A DNA stretch of 64,000 nucleotides from a virus. The notes below the pieces were generated by a model, which was given only the letters and a program-made list of their open reading frames with translations, ran no database searches and was not told the origin of the DNA. Below, piece after piece: positions 48,749-57,574 of the stretch. The stretch lies in IMG/VR virus record IMGVR_UViG_3300047476_001246. One strand, written 5' to 3'. Positions within the stretch are counted from its first letter, which is position 1. Every line of letters begins with the position of its first letter. The position numbers were made by a program, and so were the translations under genes.

Positions 48749-49336
48749 TTATTCAAAACCTTCAAATAAATCTTCGTTCCATTCTCTATGACCCTCTCTA
48801 AACGCCATATTAGATTGGGTTTCTCGGACCTCAACTCTATAACACCATAAGCGGTCGGCTTCACCCGGACCCCACATATCTGGAATATATACAGCGTTGA
48901 TATATTTGTATAACATATCGGCTAACCCCTCACACCCAAGTTTAGGCAAAATTGTGAGTTTAGCCATCTTCTTTTCTTGTAGAAGTTTATATACTTCAAG
49001 ATGGGGGTCATCGGAACTAACTAGAAGGGTATGATCGAACTTGTCCTCTAAAAAGCGTTTAAGTTCCTTAAGACCACCGTAGTCGGCAGCCCAGTTACGC
49101 ACATCCAAATGGTCTGTGCCAAAATAAAACTTCATTGAAAAACTATAGCCATGAATAAGATTGCAATGGCTATCAGCACGCCATTGGCGATACGCACATG
49201 GAAATGCATCGTGATATTCTTTGGTGCTTGTGTATTTGTAAGTTCTTGGTTGATTACCAAATGCACCAAGTTGTTCTAAAGTTGCAACTGCTTGTTCAGG
49301 TGTTTGATTTCCTACATCAACATTGATTGTTGTCAT
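48749..49336 (-). CDS. queD: 6-carboxytetrahydropterin synthase (PTPS family)
   Basis: CNLIHGY, DYGGLK.LK..L...FDHTLL, GCEGLA, VEVRET. Confidence 0.85.
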   Translation of the reverse strand: MTTINVDVGNQTPEQAVATLEQLGAFGNQPRTYKYTSTKEYHDAFPCAYRQWRADSHCNLIHGYSFSMKFYFGTDHLDVRNWAADYGGLKELKRFLEDKFDHTLLVSSDDPHLEVYKLLQEKKMAKLTILPKLGCEGLADMLYKYINAVYIPDMWGPGEADRLWCYRVEVRETQSNMAFREGHREWNEDLFEGFE

Positions 49337-49429
49337 GCTATTCTCCTATGTTAAATTTTAGCATAGGCTTGCAGAATTTGTAAAGCGGGATGAATGCCAG
49401 AAAGGCCGCTGTGTAGAATGATATTTATA
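49337..49429 (-). promoter_or_regulatory. Late promoter TATAAATA plus a structured 5' leader of queD
   Basis: TATAAATA at 49429-49422; AGCGG/CCGCT stem with an inner GCC/GGC hairpin; CCTATG/CATAGG hairpin overlapping the AGGAG RBS. Confidence 0.55.
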
Positions 49430-49434
49430 TTTTG

Positions 49435-49614
49435 TTATTGCTTCAATATAATACAATTAGCAGATACACGATAACGGTCTGATCCCCACCCACGTATAAC
49501 TGCTTCTCTTGTTTTAAGGCACTCTTCGTACCCTGCTGTTGGTAAAACTATAGATCCTTTTGCTGGAGGTACGTTGGGTGATACTGCATGTAGCATTACA
49601 ATCAAGGTCCACAT
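49435..49614 (-). CDS. Hypothetical protein (59 aa, MWTLIVMLHAV...CIILKQ), absent from the ORF track
   Basis: Translated by hand; fills the gap. Confidence 0.6.
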   Translation of the reverse strand: MWTLIVMLHAVSPNVPPAKGSIVLPTAGYEECLKTREAVIRGWGSDRYRVSANCIILKQ

Positions 49615-49616
49615 AT

Positions 49617-49955
49617 TTAGGCCATTTCTCTGGCGTGACGTTCCATTACTTCTTGCAAATTGTTTGCTGTAATATGCTCAAAAAATTTCATGATAAACAT
49701 GCTGGCAGCGGGTGCATCATCACCGTGGAAATGTAGTCTAGTGCCACCTGTACCGTTTTGATGATGATGACAGCGTTTACCTCGACCGTAGCTTACATAG
49801 TAAACAGATTGCTCGCGACCACGAGTGTCGTACCATTTGTCTTGATATACTTTGCCGTCGACCATTCGATACCACTCAACCATTTCGTCGTTCAGCTTAT
49901 CTACATCAACCCAAACAGCATAAGTCACGGTGCAACCGGGCGGGAGTGCGATCAT
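49617..49955 (-). CDS. Hypothetical protein
   Basis: Start MIALPPG via ATGA overlap with the PRTase stop. Confidence 0.65.
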   Translation of the reverse strand: MIALPPGCTVTYAVWVDVDKLNDEMVEWYRMVDGKVYQDKWYDTRGREQSVYYVSYGRGKRCHHHQNGTGGTRLHFHGDDAPAASMFIMKFFEHITANNLQEVMERHAREMA

Positions 49956-50503
49956 CGCTGCCACCAATCTTCCCATGGGAATACTACCCAACAGGGACTT
50001 TCGTGTTTGTTGATACTGGTACCTGCATAATCAATATTTTTGAATCCACTCGCTTCGTTGTTGACAAGGACTGCAAATTTTGTGGTATCGTTCCAGATTG
50101 AATCCCAAACCGGACTGTTAGGCAAACATCCACTGACCCAGTCTTGACGAATCCAATCTATTGTGGCACCAGTGTCATTGATATCGTCCACAATTAAAAT
50201 CTTTTTACGACGTGCAGGATCTGTTTCTGTACCAGACTCGTCACGTTGGTCATGCGGTACATAACCAAATGCTTCTTCGGCCATCCATAAATTACTTTCA
50301 GAATCTCCGTCACCGTCTCTGAGGCTGACCTTCAATGTGTGCATGGGCACACCCAGATACTGACTGATCATAACAGCAGGAACAAGTCCTCCGCGAGTAA
50401 TTCCTACTACATAATCTGGACGCCAATTCTGTGCATACATGTCTCTTAGCATGGTTTGCACCAAAGATTGTACATGTGCGTTTGAATAATATAATTTGTT
50501 CAT
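49952..50503 (-). CDS. Purine phosphoribosyltransferase (Gpt-like type I PRTase)
   Basis: VVGITRGGLVPA, ILIVDDINDTGAT (PRPP-binding loop), WVVFPWE. Confidence 0.88.
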   Translation of the reverse strand: MNKLYYSNAHVQSLVQTMLRDMYAQNWRPDYVVGITRGGLVPAVMISQYLGVPMHTLKVSLRDGDGDSESNLWMAEEAFGYVPHDQRDESGTETDPARRKKILIVDDINDTGATIDWIRQDWVSGCLPNSPVWDSIWNDTTKFAVLVNNEASGFKNIDYAGTSINKHESPCWVVFPWEDWWQR

Positions 50504-51288
50504 TTGATACCTCGAAATTGATTGTTAGCAATATCCACGGCCTCAATAACTCCGGAACTTATTGCATGAGTTTGAAGAACATTTATTATAGCACGAACAT
50601 CTTTAGGAAAGCAAGCTCCACCATAACCAAATTGACCGTCGGGTCCGGGCACTTGATTGTGACTTGAGCCCATTCGATCATCCACTTCAATCATTTCTGT
50701 AAACTTGTTCCAATCCCCACCCAATTGCTCACACAGTTTGTAGTACTGATTTAGTACAGTGACTTTGGTCGCTAAAAAGCTATTCATAAAATATTTCACG
50801 AGGCTTGCTGTGACCAAATCTGTTTTTACAATTGGCACAGACAGTCTTACCGCACTTGTTTGTATAATACGAATTGCATCATGACAGTCGTTGTTTCCAC
50901 CCACAAATATAAAGTTGGGATTTAGATAATCATAAATGGCCTGTCGCGCCACCAAAAATTCCGGAACATGATATAAATTGTAAACATGTTTATAGTCTAA
51001 CCAGAAATCCGGAGGAACAGTGCTCTTTACAATAATGGCACCTGAGTAGTGTCCGATTAAAGATTTCAATGTATCGCTGATAACAGTAGTATCGCATGCA
51101 CCGCTATCATCAGACGGGGTAGGTACGCATACAAAAATTGCACCTGGACGATCCTCAAGCAACTGGTTGATACTGTCAACAGAACCTGCAACTGCGGGAT
51201 CGTAAAATTTTACAGAATGGTCGCTGCCGAGCCAGCTGGCCTCAACTGCTCGACCAACATAGCCCATGCCAATAATACCAATTTTCAT
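50500..51288 (-). CDS. UDP-glucose/GDP-mannose dehydrogenase family protein (short form)
   Basis: GMGYVG, FVCVPTP, KSTVPP, PEFL, KYFMNSFLA.K, GYGGACFPKD. Confidence 0.88.
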   Translation of the reverse strand: MKIGIIGMGYVGRAVEASWLGSDHSVKFYDPAVAGSVDSINQLLEDRPGAIFVCVPTPSDDSGACDTTVISDTLKSLIGHYSGAIIVKSTVPPDFWLDYKHVYNLYHVPEFLVARQAIYDYLNPNFIFVGGNNDCHDAIRIIQTSAVRLSVPIVKTDLVTASLVKYFMNSFLATKVTVLNQYYKLCEQLGGDWNKFTEMIEVDDRMGSSHNQVPGPDGQFGYGGACFPKDVRAIINVLQTHAISSGVIEAVDIANNQFRGIK

Positions 51289-51299
51289 AAATTGGCGTC

Positions 51300-51488
51300 T
51301 TAGTCTCGTTCCATTGCTGATGCTTCTTTGATAAGTTGCACTAACTCATCTAAAGTATTGCACAGAATTTTAACACTGGCCCAATCACCTTCTTCATTGC
51401 GACCACTGGCTTCAAACATAAAGCCATTGTCGTACATGTTAACGTTAAAGCTATCACTGATTTTAGTTAGTTTATCTTCGATTTTCAT
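51300..51488 (-). CDS. Hypothetical protein
   Basis: 62 aa ORF with an AAGGAG RBS. Confidence 0.65.
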   Translation of the reverse strand: MKIEDKLTKISDSFNVNMYDNGFMFEASGRNEEGDWASVKILCNTLDELVQLIKEASAMERD

Positions 51489-51513
51489 TTTTTCTCCTTG
51501 AAAAATTAATAGA

Positions 51514-51741
51514 TTATTTAAGTCCCTTTTTTTTCTTTTCTTCCTGCATGCCTTGTGCTATCATTTTTTTAACTATCAGCATGACCCTGCCTTTTTCTTT
51601 TTCAGTTAAAATCTTTACCAGCGTGAGTTTGTCTTCGTAGCTTTTGGCATTGTCAAGAAACTCAGCTGGTACAGTGATTTTAGGCTTTTTTGGTTTAAAC
51701 TTTTTTAAATTTGCTTGTATATCGTCGTTATCGTCGGACAT
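51514..51741 (-). CDS. Hypothetical protein
   Basis: 75 aa Lys-rich ORF. Confidence 0.6.
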   Translation of the reverse strand: MSDDNDDIQANLKKFKPKKPKITVPAEFLDNAKSYEDKLTLVKILTEKEKGRVMLIVKKMIAQGMQEEKKKKGLK

Positions 51742-51746
51742 TCATG

Positions 51747-52424
51747 TTATTCTTTCTTGATACCAAATAGCTGAAGCAAACTTAAAAATAGATTAATAAA
51801 ATCTAAATACAGGGTTAGAGCGCCCATTGCTTCAACAGCCGGACCATCCGATTCCATGATCTGTTCTCTAATCTTTTGAGTATCATATGCAGTCAGTCCT
51901 AAAAAGATTACAACTGCTGCGGCACTAATTACGGTTTGAAGAACAGACGATCCGATAAAGATATTTACGATGCTAGTGATAATAATGGCGATTAACGCCA
52001 CCATTAAGTATTTTCCTACACTGTCAAGACTCTGCTTGGTAAAATAACCGTATACGCTCATAACACAGAACAACACACCAGCACCAAAGAACGCACTGGC
52101 AATACTGGCTGTGGTGTAAACAACAAAAATTGTAGCAAAGCTGATGCCCATTAGTGCCGCAAAGCCGTGTAGGGTCAATTGAGCAGTAGTTTTACTTGGA
52201 TTATTGCCTAACACATATCCTACTGCAAAGATAGCAGCCAACGGTGCAAATATAACCACCCATTTCATAATGCCTGTAAATAGAAACGTCATTAGTGCAG
52301 CATTACTTGCTACCAATGCGCTAACGATCATACTTGTAAAAACAGCCATAGCCATGTTTCCATATACACGACTCATTGCTGTGTTAATCTCCGATGCAGT
52401 TTTATAAGGTAAAGCGTAGTCCAT
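51747..52424 (-). CDS. Bax inhibitor-1/YccA family membrane protein
   Basis: About seven TM helices; GLTAYDTQKI, ALTLYLDFINLF. Confidence 0.92.
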   Translation of the reverse strand: MDYALPYKTASEINTAMSRVYGNMAMAVFTSMIVSALVASNAALMTFLFTGIMKWVVIFAPLAAIFAVGYVLGNNPSKTTAQLTLHGFAALMGISFATIFVVYTTASIASAFFGAGVLFCVMSVYGYFTKQSLDSVGKYLMVALIAIIITSIVNIFIGSSVLQTVISAAAVVIFLGLTAYDTQKIREQIMESDGPAVEAMGALTLYLDFINLFLSLLQLFGIKKE

Positions 52425-52435
52425 AATTAATCTCC

Positions 52436-53200
52436 TTATCGTGGGGCAAATTCTTGTTGCAGTTTAACGTTGTCAAAAAACTCTTTCTTGGTTGCAGGGT
52501 CGTTCTTAAACGCACCTTTTAACACGGTAGTTTGGGTGAGACTACTGTGCGCCATAATTCCTCTATTTTCGCAACAGCCATGTGTCGCCTGTATGTATAC
52601 AGCCACATCCCCACTTCCAGTTGCAAATTCGATTTCTCGTGCAATGTCCATGCAAAGTTCTTCCTGAAGTGTACCGCGCCTCGCGCACCATTGAGCGATT
52701 CTAGTGTATTTGCTAAGACCAATGAGTTTCGGTCCAGCAATGATCCCAATATAAGCCACACCGGATACAGGCTGGTGATGATGACTGCAAACACTTTTAA
52801 GTTCTGAACGGACAACGAGCATACCTTCGTATTTTCCCGCCGTGTCATTTGGAAATGCAGTTGCATTTGGAGTCGGATCATATCGGCCTGCCATTAGTTC
52901 GTTGTAATACATCTTAGCAAGTCTGCGAGCAGTGCCTTGACTGTTAGGATCTGTGTCTCTGTCAATCAACAATGTGTCAAGTACTATTTCAAATGCTGCT
53001 GTGGCTTCGTCGATCAGTTTCTCCTTGTCTTTGTCGCTTACATAATCACTGATATTGTCGCCGGCCCAGTGTCGCTTATTGTCACGCTTCAATCGTGCTA
53101 AAATATTGCGATACAAAGGACCTTCACTGTAGCCACCTTCGCCAGCCATTGCACCTAGTGCTGTTTCGTCATTGCTTTCATACATTTTTTCGTAAACCAT
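52436..53200 (-). CDS. folE: GTP cyclohydrolase I
   Basis: TARRLAKMY, SVCSHHHQP, IGLSKYTR, LQEEL, HGCCENRG; start MVYEK follows a GGAG RBS. Confidence 0.93.
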   Translation of the reverse strand: MVYEKMYESNDETALGAMAGEGGYSEGPLYRNILARLKRDNKRHWAGDNISDYVSDKDKEKLIDEATAAFEIVLDTLLIDRDTDPNSQGTARRLAKMYYNELMAGRYDPTPNATAFPNDTAGKYEGMLVVRSELKSVCSHHHQPVSGVAYIGIIAGPKLIGLSKYTRIAQWCARRGTLQEELCMDIAREIEFATGSGDVAVYIQATHGCCENRGIMAHSSLTQTTVLKGAFKNDPATKKEFFDNVKLQQEFAPR

Positions 53201-53204
53201 ATAA

Positions 53205-53789
53205 TTAATCTCCAATAATTTCTATATCCCGCAAGTCTGGATATTCGTGATATTTAGGCGGGTCATTAACAAAATACAATTTTTCTAAACCGATCCTTGC
53301 ATCTTCAATAGTGGGCCGATAATGGTAGCCCACCATGAACTTGCGCTGCGACTGCCACGGCTGTGTTGCGAGGTCGCGTCCATCATATCTTTGCTGTAAT
53401 AAAACGCCATATGCTTCCTTGTCATCTAGTAGTATAGCACCACCGTGGCCTATTTGTAAAGGCTTGTTATGACCAAAACTTACGCATTGCATTTGTCCCG
53501 GTCTATACATATCATTTTCCAATCTTCTGGCACTATCCCAAATGTTAGTGCCATGAAACGGATATTCTCCTACCCACTGCTCTTCGGTATACATGTATGT
53601 AATACCCAATTTATGCATAAGCATGGGTATACTTAAATAGGTAAACGCGGTAAATGCTGTTTGGGTCACACGATGATATCTCAAACACAACTCAATAGCA
53701 TGGGTGCAGCAATCGGTCATTATGGCATAAGGTGCGCCAGTTTTCTTTGCTAATAACTTTTCGAATTGTAGTATTGGTTCAAATGCCAC
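53205..53789 (-). CDS. Short DegT/DnrJ-family PLP aminotransferase-like protein
   Basis: TDCCTHAIEL, WDSA, SFGHNKPL..GHGGAIL; probable GTG start at 53789. Confidence 0.7.
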   Translation of the reverse strand: MAFEPILQFEKLLAKKTGAPYAIMTDCCTHAIELCLRYHRVTQTAFTAFTYLSIPMLMHKLGITYMYTEEQWVGEYPFHGTNIWDSARRLENDMYRPGQMQCVSFGHNKPLQIGHGGAILLDDKEAYGVLLQQRYDGRDLATQPWQSQRKFMVGYHYRPTIEDARIGLEKLYFVNDPPKYHEYPDLRDIEIIGD

Positions 53790-54744
53790 TGGTATACCAC
53801 TTGTACGCTGAGTCAACGATTTGATTGATAGTAGAGTAGTTAGGCTTCCATTGAAGAATCGATCGAGCCCGAGTAGCATCAGCAATCAGCTGATCCGGAT
53901 CACCGGGCCTACGCGGTCCTGTTTGTATTTTTAATGGGCCGTAATTTATCGTTATGTAATCAATAATTTCTTGATTGCTAATCCCAGTATTGGTACCAAG
54001 ATTAAACACTGCCCAGCGATTATCTGTATTCCATTTGATAGCTCGATGGTGTGCATCTGCTAGATCCCACACATGAATATAATCTCTTATACATGTTCTA
54101 TCTGGGGTATTAAAATCTATTCCGTTAAGTGTAAAGAACTCGTCGCGAATTTTTGATTCTAACAGTCTAGCAATAATATGTCCAGCGCCAGGTGCTTGTC
54201 CTAGATCGTGATTGTTGGGCTCGGCACCAGCTGCATTGAAATATCTGAAACAAACACTAGGTAGTCCGTATGCTTGATTGTAGTTTTGCAGCAGCACTTC
54301 AACTAGATCCTTGGTATGACCATATGGACTGATTGGCCTTACCCGGTCTGTTTCAACCAATGGAACATGATCAGGATTGCCGTAAACACTAGCACTAGAA
54401 CTGAAAAGAATAAGCGGTTTCTTTTTATAATCCTTAACATGATTCAAAAAAGTTATTGTCTTGGCCACATTGTTATCGTAATACTTGGCCGGATCTTCAA
54501 CACTTTCTCTTACAGAAATGTCTCCGGCACAATGTACAATGACGTCAGGTTGAATTTCATCTAACCATAACAAGCTTTGTCGAGACACGTAATCTGTGTG
54601 TAAAAAACCGTCGACGTTTTTTAGTGTGTGATCTCTACGTTCGCGATCAATCACATACACACTTGATCCTTCGTTGTGTTGTTTTAAATAGCGAGCGATG
54701 TGACTACCAATATAGCCACATCCTCCAGTAATTACTATTTTCAT
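53779..54744 (-). CDS. galE: UDP-glucose 4-epimerase-like
   Basis: TGGCGYIGSH, FSSSASVYG, YGHTK, RYFNAAGA, RDYIHV.DLA.AH, RRPGD. Confidence 0.88.
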   Translation of the reverse strand: MKIVITGGCGYIGSHIARYLKQHNEGSSVYVIDRERRDHTLKNVDGFLHTDYVSRQSLLWLDEIQPDVIVHCAGDISVRESVEDPAKYYDNNVAKTITFLNHVKDYKKKPLILFSSSASVYGNPDHVPLVETDRVRPISPYGHTKDLVEVLLQNYNQAYGLPSVCFRYFNAAGAEPNNHDLGQAPGAGHIIARLLESKIRDEFFTLNGIDFNTPDRTCIRDYIHVWDLADAHHRAIKWNTDNRWAVFNLGTNTGISNQEIIDYITINYGPLKIQTGPRRPGDPDQLIADATRARSILQWKPNYSTINQIVDSAYKWYTSGI

Positions 54745-54959
54745 TGTGCGTGATTTTCTTTAAGTACGGATAGTAGTTTACATTGTTCATAAATCTTTGT
54801 CAAGTCAACCCATCCGCCCATACCATTAGCAATTTCAAATTTTTGATCGCTGCCCCATGCTGTGGCAGCACGATAGTAAAGCAGTTCGGCAGCCGATTCA
54901 GACAGAATTGGTGACTCCTGCATCACCAATTCTGTCCATAGTTTAATACTTGGAGGCAT
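54741..54959 (-). CDS. Hypothetical protein
   Basis: 72 aa ORF overlapping its neighbours. Confidence 0.55.
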   Translation of the reverse strand: MPPSIKLWTELVMQESPILSESAAELLYYRAATAWGSDQKFEIANGMGGWVDLTKIYEQCKLLSVLKENHAQ

Positions 54960-56136
54960 GTGTATGTTTACGATAGTCAGTACTCATACGTAGCCACTGC
55001 TCGCCCTTGCCTTCAAGGATATCGCAGACACGGTCAATAGTGCCATCGTTCCACGCACTAAATTTACCCATGTTGATGTGTGGGTTCTTGAGGAGGGGAA
55101 TAAGTTTTTCGATTGCGTCTGTAAGCGACCACGGGATATAAAGTCTTTGGTTATCGTTTGCAAAAGCTTCGGGAAAACTACGGTAGGCTGGGTATAGTAT
55201 GTTAGCACCCAAAGTATCAGCTTCACTTGCAGTATTCGAAACCCAATCCTGAAGAGCACAATTAAACAGCACTCGCGTATCGTTGAGTAGAGCGTAGTAA
55301 TCATTCTTTTCAAGATCTTCATATACTACTAACTTTCCTTCTGCTTGCAGTCTGCGAGTACGCTCCATGTAGCTGCTATTGTTAGACTTTAGTTTACTGC
55401 CACTAAAGATCGCAAACTCAACCCGAGGCCAATCGTTATAAGGCATTGCTGCTAGACGATGGTATTCTTCGATCAAATCCATGTAGAAGTCAGGCTGCTT
55501 CTCTTGATCCCATCTAGCAGCAAAGCCTACACGATATGCACGATCCTCAAACTTTTTAAGTTCACCTTCGACTCGACCTCGTACTTCTGCTTTACCAAAT
55601 GCAAGACCACTAATGTTATAGACGGGGGCTTTCCAACCTGCCACTTTCATATGCATGACCATTTCCTCGTTGGTAGCCAGAACAATGTCAGCAAATGAGT
55701 CTACCATCTTTTCGTAATGCCCCATCCATTCTTGCATGCCCCAGACATGAACAAAGTCATCTGGGTCAATAGTTTGTGCAAGACAACGAACGGCAATGCG
55801 AGGACGCATATTAGCAGGAACTTGATCGAGAATATAAGGTAAGCTCTCGATGCCGGCTGTAAACATATCTTCAAAGTAGATAACATCCTCATTGGTAATT
55901 TCTCCTTGTTTCATCAATTTGACTAATTTAGCCAACTGTGTCATTGAATAATATGTGCGGCCATGTGCATCCAGAACTTGACCGGTAACGATTGCCTTGT
56001 CTGTATCTAGGGTTTCGCCTTCAACAATGACATAATCGATGCCTCGTTTTTTAAACACGGCTTCGTTCCATGTCTGCAATTGAAGTGTGTATCGAGCCTT
56101 ATAAGACTCTAGTCCAACATAAAATAATTTTCTCAT
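54943..56136 (-). CDS. GT-B fold glycosyltransferase
   Basis: GFAARWDQEKQPDF, YYALL..RVLFNCALQDWVSNT..EA..LG..LYP..RSFPE. Confidence 0.7.
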   Translation of the reverse strand: MRKLFYVGLESYKARYTLQLQTWNEAVFKKRGIDYVIVEGETLDTDKAIVTGQVLDAHGRTYYSMTQLAKLVKLMKQGEITNEDVIYFEDMFTAGIESLPYILDQVPANMRPRIAVRCLAQTIDPDDFVHVWGMQEWMGHYEKMVDSFADIVLATNEEMVMHMKVAGWKAPVYNISGLAFGKAEVRGRVEGELKKFEDRAYRVGFAARWDQEKQPDFYMDLIEEYHRLAAMPYNDWPRVEFAIFSGSKLKSNNSSYMERTRRLQAEGKLVVYEDLEKNDYYALLNDTRVLFNCALQDWVSNTASEADTLGANILYPAYRSFPEAFANDNQRLYIPWSLTDAIEKLIPLLKNPHINMGKFSAWNDGTIDRVCDILEGKGEQWLRMSTDYRKHTHASKY

Positions 56137-56142
56137 AGTGTG

Positions 56143-56171
56143 ATTATATAGAAAGATGCTTGAAAAAACAA
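56143..56171 (-). promoter_or_regulatory. Sigma70-type promoter for the glycosyltransferase operon
   Basis: TTGTTT-17 bp-TATAAT immediately upstream of the ATG at 56136. Confidence 0.5.
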
Positions 56172-56249
56172 GATATTTTGATAAATAAAAATGCCGATCG
56201 CGATACTGGAATATCCACCGGCTCTAACAGTTTATAAGGAACTATCAGC

Positions 56250-56843
56250 ATGTCTATTTATACTGCGATTGATCGCACCCCGTTTACTTATGTTATAACT
56301 CATATTCCGACCGGAAAGCGATACTATGGTGCTAGATACAGCATACATTGTAAACCTGAAGATCTTTGGTCTAAATACTTTACATCGTCCCAGGCTGTAC
56401 ATAATCTTATAAAAGAATACGGAAAACAATCATTTAATATTAGCATTCGCAAAGTCTTTACTAGTGTATCAAAATGCAGAGATTGGGAATCTCGTTTCTT
56501 GCATAAAATTAATGCAAGGTTTAATCCTGAATGGATCAATGCTCATAATGGCGGATCTAATTTTTATAATATAGATAAAGCATCAGATATTACTAAACAG
56601 CGTATGAGTAAAGTTCGTTTAGGTAAACCAAAATCTGAATCAATGAAACAAAATGCTATGTGGTACTATGAATTAAAATTTGATACAGGAACAATTGAAC
56701 ATATTAAAGGCAAAGTAAATGTATTAGAAAGACTCAATCGCAAAGACTGGGAATCTATACGGATTACAATTCAATCGAAGAATGGTTACTTACGCAAGGA
56801 TAAAGTAACCATTCAACGAATGCCAAAGTCATTTACACCATAA
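56250..56843 (+). CDS. Free-standing GIY-YIG-like endonuclease with a NUMOD3-like motif, inverted relative to its neighbours
   Basis: FTYVITHIPTGKRYYGAR..YFTSS..WESRFL..N; TKQRMSKVRLGKPKSE; own TAAATA promoter (56182-56187) and AAGGA RBS. Confidence 0.75.
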   Translation: MSIYTAIDRTPFTYVITHIPTGKRYYGARYSIHCKPEDLWSKYFTSSQAVHNLIKEYGKQSFNISIRKVFTSVSKCRDWESRFLHKINARFNPEWINAHNGGSNFYNIDKASDITKQRMSKVRLGKPKSESMKQNAMWYYELKFDTGTIEHIKGKVNVLERLNRKDWESIRITIQSKNGYLRKDKVTIQRMPKSFTP

Positions 56844-56851
56844 TTTTCGCA

Positions 56852-57346
56852 TCATTTTTTAAATAATCCTTCCGCAGCAGAGTTGACTCTGATATCTAGC
56901 TCGCGTAGAGCATCCTCAGAAATTTGTGCAGAGTATTTTGCAGCGGCCTGCGACTTCCAATAATCTTCTGCAGAGATAGCATTGGTACCGGTGCTTTGTG
57001 TTTGTGGCCATCGCGCTGCTTGTTCAGCACCGCCACGATATCCGCCCGAGGCTCTATCCGACCATGCATTCATTTTTTGTAGATTTTGAATTTCGTGCCT
57101 TAGGTCTGACACTATTCTACGCAAGTCGTTAAGGTCTTCTTGCATTCTACGCATTGGACCTCTACGACCATTCAAGCCCCTGTCCTTATCTTCGTGCTCG
57201 TCACTGGTAAGAATAACCATCATCATGAGTTGACGCAAGGCATTCTTGACTCGAGGATCGTCACTGGTCAATGCTTCGTCGAATAGTTCAGTTAGACGCT
57301 CTAGGTCGTAATCTGAACTGTCCTTTTCTCTCATTGCACCGCTCAT
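56852..57346 (-). CDS. Hypothetical coiled-coil protein
   Basis: Start MSGAMRE via ATGA overlap. Confidence 0.65.
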   Translation of the reverse strand: MSGAMREKDSSDYDLERLTELFDEALTSDDPRVKNALRQLMMMVILTSDEHEDKDRGLNGRRGPMRRMQEDLNDLRRIVSDLRHEIQNLQKMNAWSDRASGGYRGGAEQAARWPQTQSTGTNAISAEDYWKSQAAAKYSAQISEDALRELDIRVNSAAEGLFKK

Positions 57347-57564
57347 TGGGTACGTTCTTTCTTGGCGTACCAATTCATTTTAGGATATTTGCCGCGTCGA
57401 GCACGATCGAACTCTCCCCATGGAGTGCTATTGTTGTATAGATGTCGTTCGTCATACGGGTATCCGTATTGAACGCAGAACTCGCGATACCGGTCAAGTT
57501 CATCAAAAATTTGAGTGACTTCGGGTTTCATAGTCAGGTACTTCTTGAGCCATTTAGCGGCCAT
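57343..57564 (-). CDS. Hypothetical protein
   Basis: 73 aa ORF with an AAGGAG RBS. Confidence 0.7.
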   Translation of the reverse strand: MAAKWLKKYLTMKPEVTQIFDELDRYREFCVQYGYPYDERHLYNNSTPWGEFDRARRGKYPKMNWYAKKERTQ

Positions 57565-57574
57565 TTTAATCTCC

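Larger units (their letters stand above)
47303..48853 (-). mobile_element. Homing-endonuclease insertion cassette in queD (replacement queD 3' end, GIY-YIG gene, two passenger ORFs)
   Basis: Bounded by duplicated queD 3' ends that share CGCTTATGGTG at the junction; the upstream boundary is approximate. Confidence 0.7.
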
